Assembly: GCF_000011125.1 (NCBI RefSeq)
Contig: NC_000854.2
Coordinates: 1,470,001-1,502,000 of the forward strand
Direction: 5' to 3'
Source of the DNA: Aeropyrum pernix K1
GTDB taxonomy: Archaea; Thermoproteota; Thermoprotei_A; Sulfolobales; Acidilobaceae
DNA: 32,000 nt
Numbering within the stretch: position 1 is the stretch's first letter; every line of letters starts with the position of its first letter. A program made the translations under genes and the position numbers. Below are positions 1-9,006 of this stretch, one piece after another. A model generated the notes under the pieces. It had not been told where the DNA came from and did not search any database. It worked only from the letters and a program-made list of their open reading frames with translations.

Positions 1-181
1 CTAGCCTGGATGGGCTGTCTAGATAGACCTCGAACCTGTTGCACGTTGCTATTATGACGGTTCCTCTCGATGCATAACCTATAGTGTCTAGGTGTTTCTC
101 CCACTCTTTCTCAAGCCTGGCCACGTGCTCCCTGGAGGCGGTTTTAACGTTTACCCCTATCATGGCGAGCCTGTCTATCAT
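1..181 (-). CDS. hemA: Glutamyl-tRNA reductase, N-terminal fragment (gene runs off the window)
   Basis: Manual translation of the minus strand from ATG at 181-179 gives MIDRLAMIGVNVKTASREHVARLEKEWEKHLDTIGYASRGTVIIATCNRFEVYLDSPSRL. The IGVN-K-TA start and the TCNRFEVY motif are typical of GluTR. The start overlaps the hemC stop (TAATG). It is too short for the ORF track. Confidence 0.7.
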   Translation of the reverse strand, partial: MIDRLAMIGVNVKTASREHVARLEKEWEKHLDTIGYASRGTVIIATCNRFEVYLDSPSRL

Positions 182-1104
182 TAAGAGCCACCTCCTGTCT
201 TATGCCAGCCCTCCACAACCCGGGACAGCTCCTCTCCAAGACTGACGCCGATTCTCCTAGCCTCCTCGATCCTCCCCTCGGCTCTAGCCCAGTAGGCCCT
301 GGATCCGTCGGGCGAGAGGGCGGCGGCTGTCACCCTAACCATGCTCCGGCCCAGCGGCTCGGCGTATGCGGCTACGGGGGTTCTACAGCCGGCCCTTGCC
401 CCCTCAAGCACACCCCTCTCCGCCCAGGCCACATGCCACCACGGGGGCTTATCCAAATCTCGTAGCATCTTCTCAACGTTGCTTCCAACCCTGGCTACGA
501 CGGCCACGAACCCCTGGCCGGGCGCTGGGGGGAAGTAGCTCGGGTCTAGGGGCGTGTACTCTACGTCGACGCCTAGCCTTATGAGACCCGCCTCCGAGGC
601 AATTATTGCGTCGTAGAGGCCCTCCCTAAGCTTCCTCAGCCTCGTGTCTAGGTTGCCCCTGAGGTTCTCCACCCTGATCCTCGGGTTGTAGTGGAGGGAG
701 AGAGCCCTTCTCCTCGCGCTGGATGTGCCTAAGGTGGAACCGGGCTCAAGGTCCTCGACCCTCCCAGGGCCTTGTCGTGATATGAGGGCGTCTCTGGCGG
801 ACGGCCTGCTGGCTATGTAGACTATTTTGAGGGGGCCGCCGTAGCCGCTGGTCGGCATGTCCTTTAGGCTATGAACGGCAATGTCCGCAGCCCCCGACGC
901 CACGGCCCTGTCGACCTCCCTCGTGAACACCCCCACGACTCCAATTGACTCCAGCGGCCTGTCGCTCCACACGTCGCCAGCGCTCTTCACCCTCACCACC
1001 TCCCAGTGCATCGAGACTCCCGCGTACCTGGAGAGTTCTTCCAGGGCCTGCTCTACCTGCAGGAGGCTGAGCCTACTCCCCCTCGCCGCCACCCTCACCC
1101 TCAA
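181..1104 (-). CDS. hemC: Porphobilinogen deaminase (hydroxymethylbilane synthase)
   Basis: 307 aa ORF. The motifs RGSRLSLLQV, ADIAVHSLKDMPT and RGNLDTRLRKL are characteristic of HemC. It overlaps hemL by 4 nt. Confidence 0.9.
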   Translation of the reverse strand: MRVRVAARGSRLSLLQVEQALEELSRYAGVSMHWEVVRVKSAGDVWSDRPLESIGVVGVFTREVDRAVASGAADIAVHSLKDMPTSGYGGPLKIVYIASRPSARDALISRQGPGRVEDLEPGSTLGTSSARRRALSLHYNPRIRVENLRGNLDTRLRKLREGLYDAIIASEAGLIRLGVDVEYTPLDPSYFPPAPGQGFVAVVARVGSNVEKMLRDLDKPPWWHVAWAERGVLEGARAGCRTPVAAYAEPLGRSMVRVTAAALSPDGSRAYWARAEGRIEEARRIGVSLGEELSRVVEGWHKTGGGS

Positions 1105-2399
1105 GACCCCAGCACCGTCTTGAGCGAACTCCTGAGGCCCTCAACCGCAATCTCTAGGGCCTCACCCTGGTGTGGGAGGCCTGTGAATACTGCCTCCAGG
1201 TTCGAGGGAGCTATGAATACGCCCCTCCTGAGCATCTCTTCGTGGAGCTTGACGTAGAACTTCTTATCAGCTTTTCTCGCCTGGGCAGCGTTGGAAACCT
1301 CCTCGACTCCTATGAAAAGCTGCATCATGCTCTCCACCCTGTTTATAGTGTAGGGTAAGCCCGTCCTGTCGAGGACCTCGGATGCCGCCTCCTCGAGAGC
1401 CTTTGCCGCCTCCCTCGAAACACTGTAGACCGGCTCCTCCTCGAGAGCCTTCAGCGTGGCCAGCCCGGCAGCCATGGTTATGGGGTGCGCGTTGAACGTT
1501 CCCGCGTTGAACACCTTGCCCTGGGGTGTTAGGAGGCTCATCACCTCCCTAGACCCTGCTACAGCGCCGACCGGGAAGCCGCCGCCTATTATCTTGCCCA
1601 GAACAATTATGTCGCCTTCAATGTTGAAGTAGCCTTGAGCCCCTTCGAGACCGAGCCTGAACCCTGTGACCACTTCATCCAGGATCAGAAGCGCCCCACT
1701 CTCTCTGGAAAGCCTCTGGAGGGCCGCTAGGAACTCCCTGCGGGGAGGTATAACCCCAGCATTAGCTATAACGGGCTCTACTATGACTCCCGCTATCCTG
1801 TCTCCATACTCGGCGAAGACGCGTTCGAGAGCCTCGACATCGTTATACGGGGTGACGAGGGTTAGCCTGGCGACAGCCTCAGGGACCCCCGCGCTGGTAG
1901 GGACGCCGTAGTGTGCAGCCGCGCTCCCAGCTGCAACGAGCACAGCGTCGTGGCTACCGTGGTAGCACCCGTCGAACTTCAGTATGAGGTCTCTCCCAGT
2001 GTACCCTCTAGCAAGCCTTATGGCCGTCATTGTGGCCTCTGTACCTGAATTGACAAACCTTATCATACCCCCCCTCTTAACATAGCCCAGTATCTTCTCT
2101 GCCAGGAGGACCTCGGCTTCGCCGGGCGCCCCGTACAGCCACCCCCGGGCTAGGGCCTCCTCAACCGCCTCTAAAACCCTAGGGTGCTTATGGCCTAGTA
2201 TGAGGGGGCCGTAGGCTAGCACCAGGTCAACGATCCTGGCGCCGTCTACGGTGTATAAGTAAGCGCCTTCCCCCCTCTTCACGTAGAAGGGATAGGGCTT
2301 GACGGCAGCCCTAACCGGGCTATTGACGCCTCCAGGGAATAGCTCCTTGGTCCTCTCGAAGAGCATTCTACTCTTCTCGCCCGATGCCAACACGTCCAC
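1101..2399 (-). CDS. hemL: Glutamate-1-semialdehyde 2,1-aminomutase
   Basis: 432 aa ORF. It has GGVNSPVRA near the N-terminus, a class III aminotransferase layout, and the LILDEVVTGFR motif. Confidence 0.92.
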   Translation of the reverse strand: MDVLASGEKSRMLFERTKELFPGGVNSPVRAAVKPYPFYVKRGEGAYLYTVDGARIVDLVLAYGPLILGHKHPRVLEAVEEALARGWLYGAPGEAEVLLAEKILGYVKRGGMIRFVNSGTEATMTAIRLARGYTGRDLILKFDGCYHGSHDAVLVAAGSAAAHYGVPTSAGVPEAVARLTLVTPYNDVEALERVFAEYGDRIAGVIVEPVIANAGVIPPRREFLAALQRLSRESGALLILDEVVTGFRLGLEGAQGYFNIEGDIIVLGKIIGGGFPVGAVAGSREVMSLLTPQGKVFNAGTFNAHPITMAAGLATLKALEEEPVYSVSREAAKALEEAASEVLDRTGLPYTINRVESMMQLFIGVEEVSNAAQARKADKKFYVKLHEEMLRRGVFIAPSNLEAVFTGLPHQGEALEIAVEGLRSSLKTVLGS

Positions 2400-2434
2400 C
2401 TCTCATAGCCCCGCTCCCAGGGCAGGTGGGGGGT

Positions 2435-3511
2435 CTAGAAGGGCGTCTTGCCGCTCTTGAGGGCTTCGGCAGCCTCGAGGGCGTGGTACGTTATTACGGC
2501 GTCGGCTCCTGCCCTCGCTATGCTTGTGAGGATCTCCAGCATGACGGTCTCGTAGTCTACTAGCCCTTTCTCGGCTGCCGCTTTGAGCATAAGGTACTCT
2601 CCGCTGACGTTGTAGGCGGCGAGGGGTAGCCAGGGCACGCTCCTCTTAACCTCGCTTATGACGTCGAGGTAGCTGAGAGCAGGCTTCACCATAACGATGT
2701 CCGCACCTTCGGCAGCGTCCAGTAGAACCTCTTTGACGGCCTCAAACCTGTTCCTCGGGTCCATCTGGTAGCTCCTCCTATCCCCGAATCGGGGCGCGGA
2801 GTCCATCACATCCCTGAAGGGGCCGTAGAAGCCGCTGGCGTATTTTGCGCTGTAACTCATTATACCAACCTCTGTATAGCCGGCGTTGTCAAGCGCACTC
2901 CTGATGGCGGCTACCTGGCCGTCCATCATCCCTGAGGGGGCTACAAAGTCGGCCCCCGCTTCGGCTAGGCTCACGGATATCTTGCCGTAGGCTTCTATAG
3001 ACTTGTCGTTCTCTATTAGAACCCCCCTGGGCGTCTCCCTCGGATAGCCGCAGTGGCCGTGGTCTGTGTAGCCGCAGAGGCAGACATCCGCCATTATCAC
3101 CGGCCTCCACCCGAGCTCCGCCCTTACGAACTTTATGGCCCTCTGAACAGGACCTCGGGGGCTCCAGGCTTCCGCGCCCTCGAAGCTCTTCATGCTAGGA
3201 GTTCCGAAGACGAGGAAGCTCCTAACCCCAAGGTAGAGAGCGCGGGATACCAGCTCTACAAGCTCCCGGGACTCGGGTGGGTATTTAAAGTGTCCTGGAA
3301 GACCCCTGAGGGGTTTCGGAGTCTTGAGCCCATCCTCGACGAAGAGGGGGAGTATGAACATAGATGGGTCGAGCCTGGTCTCGGCAACCAGGCTCCTCAC
3401 TCCCGGGTGGAGTCTGAGCCTCCTAGCCCTCACGCGTGGAAAGGAGAAGCCAGCGCTGGTAAGCTCTCTCAGGGGGGCCTCGCTACCTCTCTGCAAGCCT
3501 ATCCACCCCAA
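2435..3511 (-). CDS. hemB: Porphobilinogen synthase (delta-aminolevulinate dehydratase)
   Basis: 358 aa ORF. It has the RARRLR...LVAETRL...ILPLFV N-terminal pattern, a Cys-rich metal site (DVCLCGYTDHGHCG), and MVKPALSYLD. The TTG start at 3511 is the most upstream start, and a downstream start is possible. Confidence 0.9.
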   Translation of the reverse strand: MGWIGLQRGSEAPLRELTSAGFSFPRVRARRLRLHPGVRSLVAETRLDPSMFILPLFVEDGLKTPKPLRGLPGHFKYPPESRELVELVSRALYLGVRSFLVFGTPSMKSFEGAEAWSPRGPVQRAIKFVRAELGWRPVIMADVCLCGYTDHGHCGYPRETPRGVLIENDKSIEAYGKISVSLAEAGADFVAPSGMMDGQVAAIRSALDNAGYTEVGIMSYSAKYASGFYGPFRDVMDSAPRFGDRRSYQMDPRNRFEAVKEVLLDAAEGADIVMVKPALSYLDVISEVKRSVPWLPLAAYNVSGEYLMLKAAAEKGLVDYETVMLEILTSIARAGADAVITYHALEAAEALKSGKTPF

Positions 3512-3585
3512 GCTAATCCCGGATGATGCGTTGGTTGCATCCGCTCATGATATCCGCTGGTGAGTATGGGGCTATAGCACCGCAT

Positions 3586-3610
3586 AACAATATATATAAG
3601 ATATATACTG
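3586..3610. promoter_or_regulatory. AT-rich (TA)n block in the divergent hemB/pheS intergenic region; candidate bidirectional TATA elements
   Basis: aacaatatatataagatatatactg is a near-GC-free stretch in a GC-rich genome, lying between divergent genes. Both start codons are 75-115 nt away, so leaders are implied. Confidence 0.35.
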
Positions 3611-3723
3611 AACAAGGCTTCTCCAGAACACCACTCAGCCATACCAGCCGGAGACCGCGCCATGGCGGTGCGGTAGAGTGATATAGCCCCCAAGCTGACA
3701 CTGTTCCCCTAGGGTTATCAGCG

Positions 3724-5190
3724 TTGGAAGTCACGTTAAGCCAGGGCGAGTATAGGCTGTTAAAGCTCATGGCTGAGAGGGGGTTCAGGGAGGGTACGCT
3801 CGAGGAAGCCTCCAAGATACTCGGCGTCGACAAGAGCAGCCTGGCAAGCCTCTCAAACCTCCTGGCAGAAAAGGGTGTAGTCGAGGTCGAGGAGAGGGTT
3901 GAGGAGCATTATGTATTAACCGAGAGGGGTAGGGACGCGTTAGAGCGGGGGCTGCCCGAGGAGAAGCTAGTCCTATTCCTAGCAGGCAGGGGTGGGGAGG
4001 CTAGTGTTGAGGAGGTTAGGAGGGCTTTAGGAGAGGAGGCGGGCATAGCACTGGGCCAGGCCGCTAGGAAGGGGTTGGTGGTGATAGCCGGAGGTGTGGT
4101 GAGGCTGGCCGTGGATCAGGCCGAGGCCCTTAAGACGATAACTCCCCTGAAAAAACTATTAGAGAACGTTGCCTCAGGTTCTAAGCCCACAGTAGGGGAT
4201 GAGCTGCTTAGAGAGGCTTTGAGCAGAGGTCTCATCAGAAGGGAGGCTAGGCGGAGCATAGTTCTGAGGTTGAAGGTAAACCCCGCGGAGGCCCTGGCCA
4301 GGGCGAGGGTTGAGGCCGCGGTTCTCACAAGGGATATGCTGAAGAGTGGCGAGTGGAGGCGGCTCAGGTTCAAGCCGTACAACGTGAAGGCCGAGCCCCC
4401 GAGGGTTCTGCCGGCCCGCCGACACTTTCTAGCCGAGTTCATCGAGAGGTTAAGGGATATATTGAGGGAGCTTGGCTTCAGGGAGGTCCGCGGCCCCCTC
4501 GTCGAGCTGGAGCTATTCAACTTCGACGTGCTATTCCAGGCCCAGGACCACCCGGCCAGGGAGATACACGACAGTCTCTGGATAAAAAGCCCCAGGCGGG
4601 GTGACCTCTCAGGCTACTCGGACCTGGTGGAGAGGGTGGCGTCTGTCCACGAGAGAGGCTGGAAGTACAGGTGGAGCCCTGAAGTTGCCTCACGCTACAT
4701 ACTCAGAAGCCAGACCACGGCAGTATCCGCAAGGATACTAGCGACGAGGCCCAACCCGCCCGCCAGGTTCTTTACAGTGGGGAAGGTGTTCAGGAGCGAC
4801 GCCGTAGGGCCCACGAGGCTCCCAGAGTTCCACCAGCTCGACGGGATAGAGGGGGATGAGGGCTACACTTTCAGGGACCTCCTTGGCAGGCTCGACGAGA
4901 TAGCCTCGATGCTTGGTCTCAAGCTGAAGTTCAAGCCGGCCTACTTCCCCTTCACCGAGCCCAGCGTAGAGGGGTACGTTAAGCTTCCGAACGGTAGGTG
5001 GCTAGAGCTGTTCGGGGCGGGCATGTTCAGGCCCGAGGTCCTCGAGGCGGTAGGAGTCGACTACCCGGTGGGGGCCTGGGGGTTCGGCATTGAGAGGCTG
5101 GCCATGGCTTTCTACGGGGTAAGCGACATACGGAAGCTCTACACGAGGAATGTAGACGAGGTTAGGGAGATGAGGGTGAGGTGGCTGTAA
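3724..5190 (+). CDS. pheS: Phenylalanyl-tRNA synthetase alpha subunit (archaeal type)
   Basis: 488 aa with a TTG start. It has class II motifs (FRSDAVGPTRLPEFHQLDG, GFGIERLAM) and archaeal N-terminal winged-helix repeats. Confidence 0.92.
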   Translation: MEVTLSQGEYRLLKLMAERGFREGTLEEASKILGVDKSSLASLSNLLAEKGVVEVEERVEEHYVLTERGRDALERGLPEEKLVLFLAGRGGEASVEEVRRALGEEAGIALGQAARKGLVVIAGGVVRLAVDQAEALKTITPLKKLLENVASGSKPTVGDELLREALSRGLIRREARRSIVLRLKVNPAEALARARVEAAVLTRDMLKSGEWRRLRFKPYNVKAEPPRVLPARRHFLAEFIERLRDILRELGFREVRGPLVELELFNFDVLFQAQDHPAREIHDSLWIKSPRRGDLSGYSDLVERVASVHERGWKYRWSPEVASRYILRSQTTAVSARILATRPNPPARFFTVGKVFRSDAVGPTRLPEFHQLDGIEGDEGYTFRDLLGRLDEIASMLGLKLKFKPAYFPFTEPSVEGYVKLPNGRWLELFGAGMFRPEVLEAVGVDYPVGAWGFGIERLAMAFYGVSDIRKLYTRNVDEVREMRVRWL

Positions 5191-5191
5191 G

Positions 5192-6838
5192 GTGCCGGTG
5201 ATAAGGGTTAGGAGGGAGAGGCTAGAGAGCCTCACAGGCCTCAGCATCGGCGAGCTGGAGGAGCTGCTCTTCAGGCTGAAATGCGAGGTCGAGGAGCCCG
5301 AGGAGGGAGTGCTTGAGGTGGAGGTCAACCCAGACAGGCCCGACATGTACATAGGCGAGGGGATTGCAAGGGCTGTCAAGGGGATTGCGGGGGTTGAGGA
5401 GGGCTGGGATCCTCCTGAGCTCGCCGACACCCCCCTCTCCCTGAGGGTTGAGAGGGTGCCCCAGAGGCCCTACATAGCAGCGGCTGTGGTGTACGGTGTT
5501 AACGTGGACGAGCTGTTCCTCGAAGAACTCATACAGTTCCAGGAGAAGCTTCACGACTCCCTCGGTAGGAGGAGGGCCAAGATAGCGATAGGCTTCCACG
5601 ACCTGGCTAAGCTACCTTCTGCCAGCGTGGAATACAGGCTCATGACGCTCGACACGAGGATGAAGCCACTCGGCTACGGCGGCTCCGAGATGAGCTTCAG
5701 GGAGTTCCTACTGGCAGACGAGAAGGGGAGCCTATACGGCGGCCTCGCCACGAAGGACAACAGCCACCCCTTCCTCCTATCGGGAGGGGAGGTTATAGCT
5801 GCGCCTCCTGTGATAAACAGTGAGATAACCAGAGTTGAGCCCGGGACTAGAGACCTTTTCATCGACGTCACGGGAACATCGGCGGAGCTCGTCGCGAAAA
5901 CTCTAGACATTATAGTGGCTAGCCTGGCCGAGAGGGAGGGGGCTCGTGTAGGGAGGGTTAGGCTTGAGGGGCCCGGCGCCGTGTGGGCCTCGACACCCCT
6001 CCTCTCCGAGGCCGCGGCAAAGCTCGACCCTGGGACCGTCTCCAAGGCTCTGGGAGTCGATTTAACGCCGGAGGAAGCCGCCCTACACCTTAGGAGAATG
6101 CGGCACAACGCATCGCCAGCCGGTGGGCTCGTTAACGTCAGAGTCCCCCCATTCAGGGTGGACATTCTTGGGGAGGTGGACCTAGTCGAGGATATAGCGA
6201 TCTCCATAGGCTACGAGGCCCTCGGCCCCAGGTGGCCTGGGAAGTTCCACGGGGGTAGCCTTCGTTGGGAGACCCATGTGTATAGGGCGGTGAAGGATCT
6301 GCTAGTAGGCCTCGGCTTTACGGAGGTGTTGCAGCTAGTGCTAACTAGCCCTAGGCTGGTGGAGGCCGCGGGATTCTCCAGCATGGCCGTCGAGGTCCTC
6401 AACCCTGTCCAGCAGGAGTACAGTGTCCTCAGGCCCACCCTGCTGATAACCCTCCTTCAAACCCTTAGGGAAAACCAGCATAGGAGGAAGCCTGTAAAGG
6501 TGTTCGAGGCTGGCAACGCGGTCTACCTGGAGGATGGGGAGCCGCGGGACGAGGAGAAGCTGGCGCTGGGAGTTCTGGACGAGGAGGCGGGCTTCGAGGA
6601 CGTCCAGGCCCCGCTCTACGCTGTCTTAAGGATTATGGGGGTGGATTTCGAGGTTGAAGAGGCTAGCCACCCAATGTTCATGGAGGGGAGGACGGCCGCG
6701 GTCAAGGTTGGGGGGGAGCGGCTAGGGTATATAGGGGAGGTTAAGCCTGAGGTCCTCGAAGCCTTCGGCCTGGAGTACCCCGTAGCGGCCGCCGAGATCT
6801 CGCTCGAGGTGCTTGCGAGATGGACGTCCAGGACCTGA
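5192..6838 (+). CDS. pheT: Phenylalanyl-tRNA synthetase beta subunit (archaeal type)
   Basis: 548 aa with a GTG start 1 nt after the pheS stop. It has the N-terminal MPVIRV...L...G pattern of archaeal PheT and a B3/4-B5 domain layout. Confidence 0.9.
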   Translation: MPVIRVRRERLESLTGLSIGELEELLFRLKCEVEEPEEGVLEVEVNPDRPDMYIGEGIARAVKGIAGVEEGWDPPELADTPLSLRVERVPQRPYIAAAVVYGVNVDELFLEELIQFQEKLHDSLGRRRAKIAIGFHDLAKLPSASVEYRLMTLDTRMKPLGYGGSEMSFREFLLADEKGSLYGGLATKDNSHPFLLSGGEVIAAPPVINSEITRVEPGTRDLFIDVTGTSAELVAKTLDIIVASLAEREGARVGRVRLEGPGAVWASTPLLSEAAAKLDPGTVSKALGVDLTPEEAALHLRRMRHNASPAGGLVNVRVPPFRVDILGEVDLVEDIAISIGYEALGPRWPGKFHGGSLRWETHVYRAVKDLLVGLGFTEVLQLVLTSPRLVEAAGFSSMAVEVLNPVQQEYSVLRPTLLITLLQTLRENQHRRKPVKVFEAGNAVYLEDGEPRDEEKLALGVLDEEAGFEDVQAPLYAVLRIMGVDFEVEEASHPMFMEGRTAAVKVGGERLGYIGEVKPEVLEAFGLEYPVAAAEISLEVLARWTSRT

Positions 6839-7671
6839 AACCCCCCAAACCCCTCTACCTAGAGCGGGTGGGATTCCGGGGAGTGAGGAGGAGGGCGCTT
6901 CTGGAGACGCCTGAGGGCCCTGTGACGCTCGATCTCGAGCTAGACGTGTTCGTGGACCTTGACAGGAGCAAGCGCGGCGTCCACCTATCAAGGAACATCG
7001 AGGCCGTGGAGGCTGTTGTCTCTGAGAGGAGGGCTAGGAGTATAGAAGGGCTTCTAAGGTCTATAGCAAAGGAGCTCCTCTCCAGGCACGGATACGCCGA
7101 GAAGGCGACTGTGAGGGCTAGGACCCGCTACTACATAGACCTGGAGGCCGCTGGTGTAAAGGGGCGTGAGCCCGTTGACGTGGCTGTGACGGTCTCCCTA
7201 ACCCGGTCAGGGGGGGAGAGGTGGAGGGTGGCGGTCTCTGTGAAAGGCATGACAGTCTGCCCCAGCGCCCAGTCGACTATCGCGGAGGCCGAGGGCATCA
7301 GCGACCCGTCCAGAGCCCCCAGCCACAGCCAGAAGGTCCTCCTAAAGGGCACTGTTGACACGGGAAAGGTTATGGTACGGATAGAGGACCTAGCCCGAGC
7401 CCTTCTCCAGAGCTTCTCGGCCCCTACATTCACGCTACTCAAGAAGCCCCAGGAGGCTAGGCTCATACTGGAGGCGTTCACCCGCCCCATGTTCGTGGAG
7501 GACGTAGTCCGGGAGGCTGCATGGAGGATAGCGGCGATACCCTACATACCAGGGGAGGCGTTGCTCCAGGTCGAGGCCGTCAGCCTAGAGAGCATTCACC
7601 CCCACGATCTAGTTGCCATGCTTAGGAGTAGGGTTTCCGAGGTGAGAAGCCTCGCATCCAGAAGCGTCTAG
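6820..7671 (+). CDS. mptA: GTP cyclohydrolase of the FolE2/MptA family (COG1469)
   Basis: 283 aa. The motifs KRGVHLSRNIE (family GTHMSRF-like), TVCPSAQ (family CPCS-like) and PSHSQK (family HNQR-like) appear in the family order. It overlaps the pheT 3' end by 19 nt. Confidence 0.75.
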   Translation: MDVQDLKPPKPLYLERVGFRGVRRRALLETPEGPVTLDLELDVFVDLDRSKRGVHLSRNIEAVEAVVSERRARSIEGLLRSIAKELLSRHGYAEKATVRARTRYYIDLEAAGVKGREPVDVAVTVSLTRSGGERWRVAVSVKGMTVCPSAQSTIAEAEGISDPSRAPSHSQKVLLKGTVDTGKVMVRIEDLARALLQSFSAPTFTLLKKPQEARLILEAFTRPMFVEDVVREAAWRIAAIPYIPGEALLQVEAVSLESIHPHDLVAMLRSRVSEVRSLASRSV

Positions 7672-7801
7672 AAGCGGCTGCCCAGAGGGGCTTGAGAAGA
7701 GAGTTTACTCGAAGCCCTGGTACTGGGGCTGCCGCGGAGTAGACTGTAGAGACGCGGGCGGCGGCTTCACCCTGGTCACCGGCGTAGAGTGTGATGAGCC
7801 G

Positions 7802-8953
7802 TTGACGGCGATAGCATACCATGGGATTGTCGACGCGGAGTCTCAGAGGGAGGTTATGGAAGCACTGTTAAGGGGGGCCGCCGGCCTCGATGTCGAGTGC
7901 ACCCACCCAATAGTATCGGTGGAGGAGGTTTCACTCGAGGGTGCCGGGCCCCGGAGCTTGTCGTACAGGCTACTATCAAGGCCCTACGGCCTCCTCGCGG
8001 CGAAGGTTTACAGGAGGCCCCCTCCAGTTGATAGGGAGTGGCTGCTTCTCAGGTTCCTAGCTGCATCCAGCCTCCCCTTAGTGCCCCGCCCCCTCTGCAG
8101 GGCGTCCCTAGAGGGTAGGACCTACATGGTCGTACACGAGTATGTGGAGGGGGTTCCCGCCGCTACTCTCTTCATCGAGGCTGCTAAGCAGAGCTTGAAA
8201 ACCGGTGTGGCTACAGTCCCCTCGGAGGCGGGGGCCCTGGGGGTTGCTGTGGCCGCTATCCACTCGGCCCTGGCATCGTGCAGGGAGTCGTGGTGCATGC
8301 CGGAGGAGCCCACGGAAGCTATGGTGGAGAGGTGGATGAGCAGGCTCGCAATACGGGCCTCCATGATAGAGGACCTAGCCAGGGGGCTGCCTGCCGATGA
8401 GGCTAGGATAGTCTACGACGCGGCCTCCGCCCTACGGCAGCTACACCAGAGGGAGTGGAGGGGGCTCCTAGGAGGCGTGGCGATGCAGACGCACGGGGAC
8501 CTCCACCTCTACCAGGTCCTGGTTTCCCGGAGCGGGAGGATAGTGGTGACCGACTTCGAGGGGGAACCCTCACGCCAGCCAGCTGGGGCTATGGAGAAGG
8601 AGCATCCAGAGAGGGATCTGGCTGCACTCCTCAGGAGCCTGGACTACGCCAGCGTGCTGGCTGCCCAGGCTCTGGGGGGGAGGACGGTCGAGTCTGCCAT
8701 AGAGACGGCGAGGGGGGAGCTCAGGGGCTGGGTTGAGGCTAGCTACAGGATAGTCGAGGCCAGCTACGTTGACACGCTATCAAGAGCCGGGCTGCCCGGC
8801 GAGGTTAGCAGGGAGAGGCTTGCGTTTTGGCTGGTAGAGAGGGCCAGCTACGAGATCGTCTACGAGCTGAAGTACAGGACGGGCTACCATTTGATACCCG
8901 CCACCGCCCTGTTGGAGGCTCTGGAGGGCGGTCTGGATTGGCTGGCCCGATAG
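7802..8953 (+). CDS. Maltokinase (Mak/Pep2)-like kinase, aminoglycoside-phosphotransferase fold
   Basis: 383 aa. HGDLHLYQVLV...VTDFEGEPSR...ERDLAALLRSLDYAS matches the Mak/Pep2 signature (HGDxHLGQ, DFEGEP, RDVAxMLRSFxYA). The TTG start is uncertain. Confidence 0.65.
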   Translation: MTAIAYHGIVDAESQREVMEALLRGAAGLDVECTHPIVSVEEVSLEGAGPRSLSYRLLSRPYGLLAAKVYRRPPPVDREWLLLRFLAASSLPLVPRPLCRASLEGRTYMVVHEYVEGVPAATLFIEAAKQSLKTGVATVPSEAGALGVAVAAIHSALASCRESWCMPEEPTEAMVERWMSRLAIRASMIEDLARGLPADEARIVYDAASALRQLHQREWRGLLGGVAMQTHGDLHLYQVLVSRSGRIVVTDFEGEPSRQPAGAMEKEHPERDLAALLRSLDYASVLAAQALGGRTVESAIETARGELRGWVEASYRIVEASYVDTLSRAGLPGEVSRERLAFWLVERASYEIVYELKYRTGYHLIPATALLEALEGGLDWLAR

Positions 8954-9006
8954 TCCCCCGCGCCGTCTACAAAGACCTCATACCGCGGGGCCTTAGGAGG
9001 GTCTCG

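Noticed and set aside
3515-3612. C/D box sRNA (GGATGATGCG as C box, CTGA at about 3608 as D box)
   Set aside because: The C-like box is UGAUGC, not UGAUGA. The spacing to the only CUGA is about 85 nt, which is too long. No convincing C' and D' boxes with 12-nt guides are present. A similar GGATGATGCG on the minus strand at about 12935-12945 is just the trpB2 upstream region.
8827-9006. Upstream extension of the DUF2797-like ORF into the kinase gene
   Set aside because: It overlaps the kinase 3' end in another frame for 127 nt with no start-codon context. GTG at 9007 has an AGGAGG Shine-Dalgarno-like motif.
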